A stretch of DNA of 63,889 nucleotides, filler included, from Vannella sp. (GCA_023345925.1; 6 parts of 6 records of this genome joined end to end with filler, not necessarily neighbours in it); one strand, 5' to 3'. Shown: positions 34,080-46,419, counted from the first letter of the whole stretch. Translations and numbers: made by a program. The notes: a model not told the origin generated them from the sequence alone.

Positions 34080-35095
34080 TCACTCCCAGTCATCGTCGTC
34101 GCTATCTTCGAAGGAAGAGGGTTTGGTGGAAGGGGGAGGGGACAGAAGGAGTGCCTCTGTACTCAAGAGTGCAGCTTCTACTTCTGGGTCTTCGTCGGAC
34201 CAGTCCTCGTCGTCTGTGAGCGACTCAATGGCGGCCAAGTCCGTGGGGAGAGGGGGACCGTCCACGAGTGTGGGATTGGCAAGCAGAAGGGGAGAGAGTA
34301 TCCTCGTTGTTGTTGGTTTGGCTGTGACTTCCTCCACCAGGACCTCAGGGACAGGCAAAGGAACTGCCGCGATCTCCTGTAAGGCGGCTTCCTCCCGCTT
34401 CTTCCGTTGAAGCTCCAGCTTCTTGAGCTTCCGTTGCTTGAGGTCTTCCATGCGCTTCTGCTTGGCCTCCTTCTCCTTCTGTATCCGTGCGTACTCTTGC
34501 GCCTCCGCCTCCTGTGCCTCGATTGCCCTTGCCTCTTCGTCCTGGGCCACTGTTGCTTGTAGAGCGCCATAGAGACGTACAGCCTCTGCACGCTCCTTCT
34601 CGGTCACCGGGTCAGCGTCCAGCTGGGTCAGGGTTCGAAGACGGTGGATGGTGTACTTGCGATAGTCGTTGTACTGAGCCAGGGTGCCGTTATTGAGGAA
34701 GTTAGGGCATGCCTCATTACCGAGCATACTCAGATAACGTAAGTTGGGGGTTGCAGAGACCAGCTTGTCGACGAACACCGAGAGGTTGCTGATCTGGTTG
34801 TGATTGACCCAAAGCGTGCGAAGATGAGGCAAAGGAGGGAACTTGGTGTGGGAAGAGATGTTGTTCTTATCGAGGACAAGCGTCTCCAGCTTGTCAAAGG
34901 CTCTGAGAGCGTCTATATTCCTACAAACCCGTCAGGATCATGTTGGTGCCTTCAAGGGAGCTGTTCTCACGAGATGCGGTTGTTGCTGAGGTCCAAGTCG
35001 GTAACACGGCGCGCAAACTTATCCACAATACGAGGATGAAGCTCTTCGATGTCTCTGAAGGCCAGACTAAGGCGTCCATCAGCCTTGCCAGTCAT
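34080..35095 (-). CDS. Leucine-rich-repeat protein (LRMDA/C10orf11-like) with coiled-coil and acidic tail
   Basis: LDLSNNRI, LETLVLDKNNI, LRTLWVNHNQI, LRYLSMLGNEACPN, YRKYTIHRLRTLTQLD; one intron. Confidence 0.8.
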
Positions 35096-35204
35096 CAGCC
35101 GAGGAGAGAGCAATAATGCTCTCTCTCCTCTCGTCAAGGGCCCTTGTGCGATAGACCAGTGTCAAGAGAGCAGAAGCAGTTATAAGTACACTGTATTGAG
35201 AGCC

Positions 35205-37249
35205 CTACGATACTTCTACAGGCCGAGCAAACTTGAGAGCAGGGTAAAGGAGAACCCGAACAAAGAGGACAAAGCCCAAGAGGATGAGCTGGTACTGCCA
35301 CATCTCCAACAGATCGCCACCCACAAGTTTGACGATCGCATCGCCATTGGTGATGGGGCAGGTGACGGACGACACCGTCACCAACTCCCCAGAGGAGCAC
35401 TTGGCAGTGGCTGAAAGAGTGACAAACTGGTCCTTCTTGCAGTAGAGTGGCAAGTTGCTGAACTGGTTCTGGATCACAGCCTCGTAGGCGTAGAAGAAGA
35501 GACTAATGTACTTGACCCAATCCACCCAGACCGGAATGTTGTCCGGATTCACATAAAATCCGGCAAAGAGCAACGAGACCAGTAGCAGACAAGGTAGGAC
35601 AACGAGAGCTGCTTGCAAAGGGAACAAAGCGCCTAAAAGGAGGCCAGCAGAAGAGACACAGCAAGCCATTAACATCACGAGACTGAGAAAAGTGCCGTAA
35701 ATGTACCATTCTGAGGGGAGTCCCACTGTCCAATAGATCACTGTTGCAAAGGCGGCTGGGACAATCACTTGTAGAGGAAGCTCGGCCAATTGTTTACCCA
35801 AATAGTAGCTGCTCAAGTGATACATTCCGGCTCTCTTTTCTCTCCGGAAGATCTCTCGTTCTTGAGGGACTGAAAGGATGGATTAGATAGAGTCTCTTCA
35901 CTTAAAAGTTACTCACAGACTAGAAGTCCACCCATGGCTTCTGGGAAGGCGCTGCCGAGAAGCACAATAAACACGACTCCCAAACGGTCTTGAATAGCGG
36001 ACTGGTCGTTGTCTATCTGCCACCAGAGAATAGCGATTGCGAAAGCCATGATTAGTGTTTGCACTCCCTTGCCAATCAAAAAGGCAGGACTCCGTTGCGA
36101 GTTCATGATAGACCGCTTGGCAATCAGGGCTGTCTGCCGAATGCGTCCGGGCATGGGAGGACGTTTGGCATCCACCGATTCGTCTGGCTTAAACTGCTCC
36201 GGCTCATATCGGGTGCTTTGTGACTGTTCAATGATCTCATTGATGCGCCGTTTGGACTCCTCCTCCTTTGCCAGGGAGGTGCTATCCAACGTTAAAAGGT
36301 CAATGTAGAAGTCTGCTGGGTTCTCAAATGAAGGACAGGTATAACCCAGTGATTGAAAGTATCCAAGTGCCTCAGAAACAGGTCCTCCGTAGATCTGGCG
36401 ACCTTGCTGTGACAAAGTCAGTGAAAGGACTTCAAGTCACTTTGTCAGGAACTTACAGCTAGCAGCAGCAGGCGATCAAAAAGATTGAATGCTTGGTTCC
36501 TAGGCTGGTGGATGGTACAGACGATGGTATGGCCGAAGTTATGAGCCAAATCAGCCAGAGACTCAATGACACTCAATGATGTACGCGCGTCTAGGCCACT
36601 TGTAGGCTCATCTAAGAAGAGGATAGCTTTGAAGAAGTTAGTAACTGCTTCAAAGAAGCTTCTATGGAAGGCACTCACTCGGATTGCGGATGAGTTCGAC
36701 TGCAATCGATACTCTCCGCTTCTCTCCTCCAGAGATTCCTCGAGCCCTGGCTCCCCCAATGGGAGAGTGTTGGCAATGCATGAGACCAAGCTTAGCCAGT
36801 GTATCATTGACGCGTTGAGCCTTCTTCTTGCGAGACATGGTTGTAGGAAGGCGGAGATCCGCGTAAAACTCGATCGTCTCGCGCACACTCAGGTTTGGAA
36901 GGAGTACATCGTCCTGTCGAACGTATCCACAGTACTTTCTGAAGAGCGCCCTTGTCATGACCTCTCCATTGATCATCACGCGCCCTCCCATCACTCCTCC
37001 TCCGTTCAGTTGCATCGCCAATGCGTTGAGAAACGTGGTCTTCCCCGCTCCTGATGAACCCATCACGGCAATGAGCTCTGCAGGTGGAATAGAACCAGAG
37101 ATACCATGTAAGATCTGCTTTCCCCCAGCGTTCTCCGCGTTGTTCTTGAAGAAAGGAAGGCAACGCCGCAGTTTCGCCGCTCGTCCAGCCTCAAGCGTAT
37201 AAGTCACATTCTCCCATGAGAGATGAACACCTTTGTGCTGATCTGTCAT
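35205..37249 (-). CDS. ABCG (White-like) half transporter, multi-exon
   Basis: Walker A GSSGAGKTT, signature ISGGEKRR, LFLDEPTSGLD, TIHQP, ENPADF, and C-terminal TM domain (LAELP). Confidence 0.93.
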
Positions 37250-37442
37250 GAGGTCAAGAGCGAATGATCCTCCTGCGCTCCAGCCGAAGTTTCCACATAG
37301 CGGGCAGGAGACAAGAACTTCAGAGAATCGGAGGCGGAATCGGATCGGGTTCACGTAAGAAGACCGAAAAAGGAAGAAGAAAGTCACGGGAAATCAAGGC
37401 TATGATTTTTACTCCGGTGTTTGATGAATAAATATCCCTTGG

Positions 37443-38206
37443 TTACATAAATGATTCCTCGTAATCATCGAGGCTCATATCCATATCAGCGTTTGAGCGC
37501 ATCTCGTCGGTGTCGTCCATGAGGCCAGTGTAGGAGCGGAGAGCTGCTTGTTCGCGTTGTTGTGCTTGTTTTTGCTTTTCAGAGAGTTTCTGGGCATTGG
37601 TTAGGCAAGGGTGATCAGAAGGAGGCCGCACCTTCTGTTTCTTCTCTTGAGAGAGCTTCTGAGACTGTTCTTCCTGGTACTTGTACCGGATAGCTGTGCT
37701 TATCAGTCATATACTGTCAGGTTTGAGAGGAAAGGCGTACCAACAAGGTCAGGGAACTCCTCCCGCTTGGTCTTGTTGAGGCGCTTGACGATTTGGGCAT
37801 CCTTGTTGATGGTAATCAACTTGGCTGCTTTCTGACTCTTGAAGCCTACTTGTCCCACTTCCATGCTCTCCTGTTTGAGCAGGTTCTCCCAAGGCGTGTA
37901 GACGATCGTCACCTTGGCCTCTTTACAGCCTTTGATAGAGTTGTCCTTGACGATCTGACAACAATCCTCCATCACATCAGCGGGGATGTCACTCAAAGCA
38001 GTCCCAGGTGGCATGCGCAAGTACACATGCGCTGAGGACATGTTATCAACGTGAAACCTGTCCCCGTCACCATCTACATCCACCATCCCTTGGCGCACCT
38101 ACCATACATCCGTTGGTAGACCGTATTTGATGAGTTCCTCGTTCTCAAACTTGTCTTTGCCCATGTACACCTCGTAGGAGGGGTTGCACACCGTGAAGAA
38201 GAACAT
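37443..38206 (-). CDS. CCDC25/Jlp2-like NFACT-R domain protein, multi-exon
   Basis: [49 protein letters not shown]-terminal YEESFM. Confidence 0.9.
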
Positions 38207-38278
38207 GGGAGACGAGGAAATGAAGAAAAAGTGTTCGAAATGAAGGAAGGAGAGTGGGAAGGACCTTGGGGAGGGAAT

Positions 38279-40630
38279 CTAAGTGCTGTACTTGCGGAGG
38301 ATTCGTTGGATCACTTGGCGGGTGACTTGGTTGTAGCAGGGGAGTTCAGAGAGGCACCCGTAGACGATACCATTTGGGTTTGGAATACCTAAGCCAGTCC
38401 ACAAGGCTCGGACGACAGTCTCCTTCGCTGGTTTGGAGGACTTGCATGCAAGGAAGTGTGATCTCCATTCCTTGGCCACAGAAAGGGTCATAACGCTGCA
38501 ATGGTGGTCGATGATCCTCTCCAACTGCTCTGGAGAAAGGTAAGAGATCAGTTCTGAGATGTCATTGACCTCCAACAAATCATGAGGAAACTGTTCTCTC
38601 AAGTAGCCGTTGAACTCCTCCAACGTATGAACAGGTGCCAAGTAGCTGGAATGAGGACGGTCAAAGAGGTCAGAACCAGCTGGTGATTCATTCAGATCTA
38701 TTTCGAGATAATGGAACTCTTCCAAAGGGAAATCACAGCCCCATTTCTCCTCTAGCTTCTCAGGAGAAATGGCCCACTCCTTCTTCATTTCTTTTGGTCT
38801 TACCATCACAAACAAGCAGCCAGCGAACACCTTTGGACCGCTCCAGTACAGAGGAATCAGGAAATCAGCGTTTTCAGCTTCCTTGTTCATGAGGACCGCT
38901 GCGCAGCGGTGAAGAGCGCAATGAACATCAGCAGCTCGAACTGGTTTGCCAGAAAAGTCCAAGAAGTGATTGAAGAACACGCAAAGCTGGCCTCTACTAA
39001 TGCCAAGTCCGGTTCCAAGAGAAGTTGTCCGATTGCGGAAGGAGCCAAGGAAGTTGTAAAGAGAAATGTCGCTCACAGAGTATCGCTCCGAGGAGAGGAA
39101 ATGCTCTCTGACGGGAGAGAAAGCTTGCACACAAGAGTCAAACATGTGAAGCAACATCAACTGGGACACGGTGATTTCGATCTGAAACCATGCAAGTTGC
39201 TTTCTGCGAAGAGCCTTTGCGAAATGGCGAAAGTGCTCGGCAAATGTGGTTTCGCTACAAGCTGCAGCCTCTGATACTACTGGCTCTGAAGGGAATTGGC
39301 ACACCTGGAGGGTGGCTCCAGCAAAGTTGCTATCAGAAAAGGTTGCCAAAGAGAACTGCACCAACTCAGAAGCTAAGTTCCAATCCACCACTCTGATGTT
39401 CACTCGAGACGCTATCATGGCAAGATTTTTCTTATGTTCATCAAGAGTTGAGGTGAGTGCTGATAGGACACAAGATATGGCTTCCTTTTTGCCAGACGCT
39501 CTCAGCACGTGGTTCCAAAGAGGCCGACCAAATAGAGACAGTCCAGCCCAGTCTTGGTGGATAGGAAGGTACGAACAATCTTCTGGTGCACCAAAGTCGC
39601 AGAAGATATTGGAGAACATCGGAATTGGGGCGACATACATCTTCCTGGCTTTCTTGTTCTCTTTTTCTCCAGATAGGGCTCTGCAATTGGAAGAATCAAG
39701 AGTGCGATCAGCAAGGAGAACGACAATACGCGTTGATGCGTTTCTTTGCTGGAGTCCAATCATCAGAAGGTCCAAAGCAGTTGTAACAGGACCTGGGGAT
39801 TCTCCATACTGCTTTGAACTCGTTCTTTGATCATAGAGCCACTGTGCTTCGTCGATACAAACCAACTTGATATCACTGTCAGCTTCTCCAGTGCAAGAAT
39901 CGCCAATGGCATCGAGCAATGAGACAATCTCTTTCAAGGCTTTCTCGGGGTCTCTTAGAGAACAGGCCAGCAGTAGCCTTTCTTTGAACAATTGATCGTC
40001 CTCAAACGAACCTCTCCGGTGGAGATTCTCAAGGCGTTCTCCTGGTCCTAGTTGTATGTAGGTGGAGGAGAATTGCTGGCAAATCAGATGCATCAGAGTT
40101 GTCTTCCCAGCAGCTACGCTCTGGACCATCGAAACACATGGAACTGCAGGCACTCTGATAGAGTAAAAGTCCTCGGAGACTTGTTTGATGAAGTCAGAAA
40201 GCCGTCCAACGAGGTTGCATGGGTCAAGGTTGAGAGGAGAGACTTCTCCTTGAAGAAGGGGCTCAAAGGAGGTTCGCTCAACATAGAGGTCTATGTTCCA
40301 GTGACCTCGCAAGGTGTCATTCCACAGCAGTGGGTCCTCCCCAGAGACGAGGCAAGCGAGCCTGAATGCAGTTTCTGAGTGGCACTTACGCAGAACGTTA
40401 GCTTGCAAGAGCATCTGGAAGGTGAGGGAGCCTTCCTGTGGAGCAGGCAATGAAAGCGATGGGGATGCTGGAGAGGATGGGTATACAATAGCAGAGTGAG
40501 GTTGAGGAGAGACAGAGAAAGAGCTCTCATCAGAGCTGGGAGAAGAGATCACCCTCTCTTTCTGAGAGGGGCTTCTTTTCTGACTTTTCCCACGACGGGT
40601 TGGTCTCTTAATAGGAGATCTCCGAGGCAT
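38279..40630 (-). CDS. Crinkler-like P-loop NTPase with a degenerate REase-fold C-terminus
   Basis: SMVQSVAAGKT (Walker A-like), LVCIDEA (Walker B), FGRPLW, FPSEPVVSEAA, FFNHF, LHRCAA...ADFLIP; intronless. Confidence 0.6.
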   Translation of the reverse strand: MPRRSPIKRPTRRGKSQKRSPSQKERVISSPSSDESSFSVSPQPHSAIVYPSSPASPSLSLPAPQEGSLTFQMLLQANVLRKCHSETAFRLACLVSGEDPLLWNDTLRGHWNIDLYVERTSFEPLLQGEVSPLNLDPCNLVGRLSDFIKQVSEDFYSIRVPAVPCVSMVQSVAAGKTTLMHLICQQFSSTYIQLGPGERLENLHRRGSFEDDQLFKERLLLACSLRDPEKALKEIVSLLDAIGDSCTGEADSDIKLVCIDEAQWLYDQRTSSKQYGESPGPVTTALDLLMIGLQQRNASTRIVVLLADRTLDSSNCRALSGEKENKKARKMYVAPIPMFSNIFCDFGAPEDCSYLPIHQDWAGLSLFGRPLWNHVLRASGKKEAISCVLSALTSTLDEHKKNLAMIASRVNIRVVDWNLASELVQFSLATFSDSNFAGATLQVCQFPSEPVVSEAAACSETTFAEHFRHFAKALRRKQLAWFQIEITVSQLMLLHMFDSCVQAFSPVREHFLSSERYSVSDISLYNFLGSFRNRTTSLGTGLGISRGQLCVFFNHFLDFSGKPVRAADVHCALHRCAAVLMNKEAENADFLIPLYWSGPKVFAGCLFVMVRPKEMKKEWAISPEKLEEKWGCDFPLEEFHYLEIDLNESPAGSDLFDRPHSSYLAPVHTLEEFNGYLREQFPHDLLEVNDISELISYLSPEQLERIIDHHCSVMTLSVAKEWRSHFLACKSSKPAKETVVRALWTGLGIPNPNGIVYGCLSELPCYNQVTRQVIQRILRKYST

Positions 40631-41541
40631 CTTGCTTGGTGCGAGCTGGAGACGTGCGAGACTGGCAGTGATGAAAGTATCTGGCAAATATCTTTCCTCT
40701 TACTCTTTTTACTCCTCCATCAATCATGAACGAAAATAGATTTGGGAGTCTTTTGCTATCCCTAGAACTGCTTCTAAGTGGTATAAATTGATTATTTGGT
40801 TGGGCGATCGATGAGAGGTTCGGGGGGGCCAAATTATCAAGAGAAGGGATTCGCTCTGTTAAAAGGAGGATTTGAAACGACTGTGGAGGATAAAGGGACA
40901 GCACTTGACGCTGTGTGGCATGTTTGCAAGGGAGCTATTTGGAGAGCTTTTGCCGTTTACAGACGTGGCCTGGCGCTCGGGGCTCAACCTGAGATATGAC
41001 AAAGATGTTCGATATTATCATGGACACGCCAAGCGGAACAAGAGCCGTTCTAGAAGGTCCCATCTGTCTTTCTGAAAAACGCGGCACCTCCTTAGAGGAC
41101 AATCACCCTCTCTCCTTGGATTCTCGCTCATCATAAGTGGCATCACCCTCGAAACTACACTTTTGCATCACTAGGAGCACGTAGTTCGGTCCGCGCATAC
41201 CACACAGGTCCCAACGGTGCCCGCGATCGTCCCAGGAAGAAATGAGAATAATCTTGCTCGTATTATAAAATTCGCGATGCAAATCAATATCATGCCAATC
41301 TTCTTGAATACGAGTGATCATTCTCGTTCAGGATCGCGTTGTAGCAGGTATTCAGACCCTCACACACACTTAGCAAAGTGAGTATGAACATCTGTCTTCG
41401 AGATGGTGATTGTCCTTGAAGGAGGCTGGCCCACACACGTATGAAGTGAACCAATGCGCGACACAAGGCGTTTTAAAGCGGTTTGACGCCGGGGGACACG
41501 TGTGTCATCTGGAATAGCATTTGATGGTTAAATAATACATG

Positions 41542-42129
41542 TTATTGCACCGAGCACTGCTTCTTCTTGCCCTTTACGGTTGCTGCGGGTTCTTCTGAGC
41601 CTCCTTCCTCGGAACCGAAGTTACTTTTCATTTGTTTCGCTGCTGCAAGGAACAGGTCCTCTAGTCGCTGTTGGGGCTCTTTGTAGTTCATCGCCAGGTA
41701 GGGAATATGGAACTCCTCCGCCCACTTGTCGATATCCTCTTGAGGGACCACTTGTGGGAGATCAGACTTGTTTCCAAGGAGACAGAGGATCAGGTCTGAC
41801 TTGTACATCTTACAGTCCTTGTACCAGCCATGCTTCATGTTCTCAAAGGTCCCTCTATCGGCAAGGTCGAACAAGAGGAAGGCCACGTTCGCGTTACGGA
41901 AGTAAGAAGACGTCATTTTTCGGAAGCGCTCTTCTCCAGCTGTGTCTGTGATGACGAAGGATGCCTCTGCGCTGGAGAAAGAGATCTTCGATGGACGTAC
42001 CTCCTCCTCGAGGGTAGGATCGAGGGGAGCTTTCCAGTCGTAGTCCGACTCCGTAGCGCGTAACATAAACGAGGTCTTGCCAACTCCCACGTCACCCAAC
42101 AGTATGATGCGGAACGTGAGGCTCTCCAT
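41542..42129 (-). CDS. Divergent Rab-like small GTPase with a CaaX tail
   Basis: GDVGVGKT, DTAGEERF, TSSYFRNA, GNKSD; C-terminus KGKKKQCSVQ. Confidence 0.88.
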   Translation of the reverse strand: MESLTFRIILLGDVGVGKTSFMLRATESDYDWKAPLDPTLEEEVRPSKISFSSAEASFVITDTAGEERFRKMTSSYFRNANVAFLLFDLADRGTFENMKHGWYKDCKMYKSDLILCLLGNKSDLPQVVPQEDIDKWAEEFHIPYLAMNYKEPQQRLEDLFLAAAKQMKSNFGSEEGGSEEPAATVKGKKKQCSVQ

Positions 42130-42262
42130 TACAAGACCACGAAAAAAAGAATGAAACTTCGCAGAACACCGATTCCGCGGAGTCGGTGACTCGGTCCTTT
42201 CCCGATTTGGCTCTTGAAAAAAGGCGATCTTTTGGAAGGCTCTTCACGTTTTCAAGTGAAGT

Positions 42263-43023
42263 TTATGAATTAGTGAGAAGGAGCCACCGGAGAAGGAGGG
42301 CGGAGAGGAAAAGGAAAGAGATGAAAGCAAGAAGAGGGAAGAGGACATTGCTCCGAGTGTGGGCTCTCACGTATTCAGCACGAGCTGAAGTCAAAGGATC
42401 AGATTGTGGGTACACAAAGAAGTCTCCTACCTTCCACGAGATGCTTCAGGGCAAACTGATGGTGATCGAAATTGGCTCGGGGAAGGAGATCGAGAGGGTT
42501 GTTGCCCTCCTGCTTGGGTCAGTCGAGCTCTTTGACAGTCTGTCTCTTAGATACCTTGTCTTCGATGTCTATCATAGCTCCTTTGCGGATCAGATAGCGC
42601 GCTATCCCGAGATATCCAGCTTTGCAGGAGCTGTGAAGGGGCGTGATTTGATTCTGCTCATGTCCGTCAGGCGCAGCTGTTGACCGTTCGAAGGTGCTAT
42701 TTACATGGTTCATGGAGTTGACACACGCTCCTCTTCGTATCAGGAACTTGACAATGTCGAGGTATCCTTGCATGGCGGCCAAATGAAGAGGAGTGTTGCC
42801 TTCCTACACAAAGACAACGGGTCAGAGGCGAACGAATGGAGGCTGTAGTTGACCTTACTTCATCTGGCGTATTCACATCCGCAGAGGAGCGCACCAGCTT
42901 CTTAATAGTAGCAGAATCACCATCCCAGCATGCTCGATTGAGGCGTGGCTACCGACCCCATCAGCTCCTACACCTCTCAGCGGTGACTGGTCTCACCAAA
43001 TACTGATAGGTCATCTCCTCCAT
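42263..43023 (-). CDS. Small tail-anchored ankyrin-repeat protein, 5 introns
   Basis: Spliced product contains GNTPLHLAAMQGY, ITPLHSSCKAGY and GNNPLD, then a hydrophobic tail VLFPLLAFISFLFLSALLLRWLLL. Confidence 0.75.
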
Positions 43024-43164
43024 GCGAACTTGGGTCTCAGGAGACCCCAAACCCATGTTCAGGTCTTCGGGCGAAGGGCAAATGCTATCGAGACTTCCAG
43101 GAAACACCTCTGGGAGGGTCAAACGGCTGGTAATGCAAGTTACTCAGATGAAAAGAGTGCATTC

Positions 43165-45123
43165 ATGTGGCGACTAGCTGGGAGAAGCGCCTTATTGGGG
43201 GCCTGGCGAACCTCCTCTGCGCGGATCTCCGTCGGTGGAACCGTTCTGCGAGAAATAGACAGATTGGGTTGTAGGAGATACACCACTGAAGCTCCTCGAG
43301 AGCGGCAGCTGATGAAGACGTATGGAGTTCTTCATTCCAACGTCCGGCAACTTCTCCGCATCATTCACCCAGATAACTTCCGTCCTTACATGAAGGAGGG
43401 GATGCCTGAGGCATCAAAGTTTCAGCAGATGTCTATGGTTAACCAGAGGTCGCTCCAATCCCTGAACGCCTTCAATAACTTGATGAAGAACCATCAAGCC
43501 AACTCTGCCACCTTCCTCCGGGGAGCTCCAGAGCCCATGCGCATTGTATTCCATATCCTTCGGCCTCTTGAAGATGGTAGAGCTCATACCAAGGCGGTGC
43601 ATACGGCACTGCTCCTTCCAGACGTCACGAAGCACCTTTGGGTCCGCCATTCGGACCCCACTTCTCATATGCACCACTGGAGAGACGTTCAGATGCTCGA
43701 CTTACTCAATCGAGTTCATTCACTCATCTCAGGAGAGCTGGAGATCAACCTTCTCCCCTCTGATCAAGAACTTGAGGTGATGCAGACGATCTCGCGGCAA
43801 ACGCGAATCCCCATGCCAATGCAGTGTAAGTTGATGCCTCCAACTTCGTTTGAGTCACATCTGATACGATAGAGATCAGTTAGGGAGCCAACCATCACGT
43901 ATGAGCATGATCCGAAGCGGGATCAGTTTCAGCCTTTTGAGCCGTCTACCTACGAAGAGCAGCGCGTGCGTGATATGAATAAGAGGCTTGATAACTCAGA
44001 CTTGCTTTGGAGAGAGGCAGAGGACCTCCCTGACCTCTACTCTCAACTAAGAAGGCAGAATCTCAAGTCCAGCTCCCATCCCAGGAGCCCAGAGTATCAC
44101 ATGAACAAGAAGTATGGTGTTGTCTTCCAAGAGCCTTCTCGGGACCAGCTAAAGCGTATGCTACGATGCATGCAGATAGACTTTCCAGCCGGCACAGATA
44201 ATGCGTTGAGAATCTCTCTGTTCCGATTCCTCATCAAGAACTCGAAGCGCTTGAAGATATGGGAGTGGTACCACACTCCTATCATATTTGGAGCTGAACG
44301 CTACAAACTGATAGACAATTGCGTGCTGGGCCTTCCCTTTGATTGCAACGTGGACAACTTGAACGCATACTTGGAACAGAACCTGCCAGTGATTCAAAAG
44401 AACGGCGATCTGTTTCGGAAGCGCTTATCTGTTACTGCAGAGAAGATGCTGGAACTTCAGCAGAGTCTATGCTTGGTGGGAGTTCAAGTGGATCCTTTTG
44501 TGACCTATGATAAGGCTGAGGCTTGTTTAGATCATCTCCTTGACAAGAAAGAGCTGTTAGACTCGTACAATATGAGTCTTATGGTCCTTCGGATTCACAA
44601 CAAAGAGAATCTCTGCTTCTTCTCGCAATCCTCTGGAACCGTCAATCTCCCTTACGATGTCAGTGACACCCAGTTGAAGAAATTCCTCCTTGAATGCAAG
44701 GCTATGCAGAGCTTTGCTAACTACCGAATCGCCCGCAAGTCAATCCAGCATATTAAGAAGATTTTGCTCGAAAAAGCCAAAATAGAGAGCTTACAGATTC
44801 CGAAGAGGATCCTTACGAATACGCTGGCTTATCAGTCTGTTATGGGCCGACTGCTGGATTACATAACAAATCATGCTCCCTACAACACCTTGGAGAAGGT
44901 TAATGTGGTGATCCAAGACCGGTTGGAAATCAAGTACAAGAAGGGCGTTTTACGCCTTCCAACCAGCTTCCGGCCTTCTGAAGTTGATGCGTACTTTCGT
45001 CAATTGGTTCAAGATACCAAATCAGCATTTGACGCTCGATTGGGCCACTCTCTGCCACCTCCATCAGGCCAGCCCTCTCATCTCCCCTCAGAAGCCGAAA
45101 AGCCTCTTCTCTTAAAGGAGTAA
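43165..45123 (+). CDS. TCAIM-like (DUF4460/DUF4461) mitochondrial protein
   Basis: Presequence MWRLAGRSALLGAWR, and VRQLLRIIHPDNF...NQRSLQSLN (J-like HPD); intron near 43826-43872. Confidence 0.65.
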
Positions 45124-45218
45124 TGAAAGGTCAGCTCTTCATACTTTGGTTATTTGGCACTTCCTTGGAGGTCCGATAAGGAATGAGTGCAATCGGAAAG
45201 AGACTTTTGCAAACAAGT

Positions 45219-45956
45219 TTATGACCTTTCCGCACTAGCAGTCTCGTAGTTGTGATCTCCACTCTTTCGCAGGAGTAAATGAGCGGCCGGGTCTTGATTG
45301 GGTGGGAAAGAGACACCTGGTGAGTGTATTGATGATGGTGTGCCCATGTGGGGTGGCGAGGTTACCCGAGTATGTGCGCCCCATGATTGATTAGTATCTA
45401 CTGGAGAAGGATAGACAGGTCTGTGCGGGTGGGGAAGCAGTAAACGGCTCCGAGACAAATCAACAACAGCCTCTGTCAGATGCCGAAGAGACGTCCGGAG
45501 GCTCTGCATTTCACTACTTAAAGCTGTTATCTGTTGAGTAGCTGATGATTCAGCAGGAGAGGCAGGTGAGGGAGGACTTTGAAGATATGAGGCAAATTGC
45601 AGTCTTGCTCCAATCGTATTCAGCCCCAACTGCACCAGATGCTCTTCTTTGAGGAGTGGGAACATCTCTACCGTTATTTCCTGCTCCAGAAAGGCCTCCG
45701 CGTACTTGCGCAAGCCCGCATTGCCCAGAACAGTGGCGACATCCAAAGTGGAATTGACTGAAGGCGCGCGAGCCCGTCGCTGCGCCTTCTTCGTCTTTTG
45801 CAAGGCCTCGCTTTGGTATTGTATAACGAGTGACACAGAGAGCACATAAACGTCTTTGAAGCGGCGGTTCCCATCGCCCCCTCCAAATACAATGAATTTG
45901 TCGTCCCAGAGAGTGGAGGAGTGAGCACAGCGAGCAGCTGGAGCGGCTCCATTGAC
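45219..45956 (-). CDS. SAM-domain protein, 5' truncated
   Basis: VATVLGNAGLRKYAEAFLEQEITVEMFPLLKEEHLVQLGLNTIGAR. Confidence 0.8.
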   Translation of the reverse strand, partial: VNGAAPAARCAHSSTLWDDKFIVFGGGDGNRRFKDVYVLSVSLVIQYQSEALQKTKKAQRRARAPSVNSTLDVATVLGNAGLRKYAEAFLEQEITVEMFPLLKEEHLVQLGLNTIGARLQFASYLQSPPSPASPAESSATQQITALSSEMQSLRTSLRHLTEAVVDLSRSRLLLPHPHRPVYPSPVDTNQSWGAHTRVTSPPHMGTPSSIHSPGVSFPPNQDPAAHLLLRKSGDHNYETASAERS

Positions 45957-46056
45957 NNNNNNNNNNNNNNNNNNNNNNNNNNNNNNNNNNNNNNNNNNNN
46001 TTAATTAATTAANNNNNNNNNNNNNNNNNNNNNNNNNNNNNNNNNNNNNNNNNNNN
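45957..46056. other. Artificial contig-joining spacer
   Basis: N44-TTAATTAATTAA-N44. Confidence 0.98.
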
Positions 46057-46419
46057 ACTTGAAGCGGAGACCGCTTCTAAGCAAAAGTACATTTAGGTGG
46101 TAAACGACTTTGTCATTAAGAGGAGAGGCACTCAGTATGATGGATTAGACGGCTTTGGATGTAGCGCTCTTGGGCTGCCAAAAGGAGGCCATTTCGTTGC
46201 TCATCGCTGCAGGAGGCCGATGCAATATGGTTCTCTTCAAACCAGAAGGAAAGGGCCAGTGATTGCTGACAAATGAGCAGCCACTATGCAAACCGAAGCT
46301 TGACGAATACTTGGCATCCGCTGACCAGTCCCAAAGAGATTTGGGAGTGCCAACCTGTCCAAAGACCGCAAAAGGCCCCGCAAAAGAACAACGAGCGTGC
46401 ATTGTGGCCTGAGAATCCC

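Noticed and set aside
40690..41540. 850-bp intergenic region as an ncRNA or small gene
   Set aside because: Only short motif-less ORFs, and no tRNA, snRNA or snoRNA signature I can support.
42167..42188. Near-palindrome CACCGATTCCGCGGAGTCGGTG upstream of the Rab gene
   Set aside because: Short, single-copy and imperfect, so no function can be assigned.
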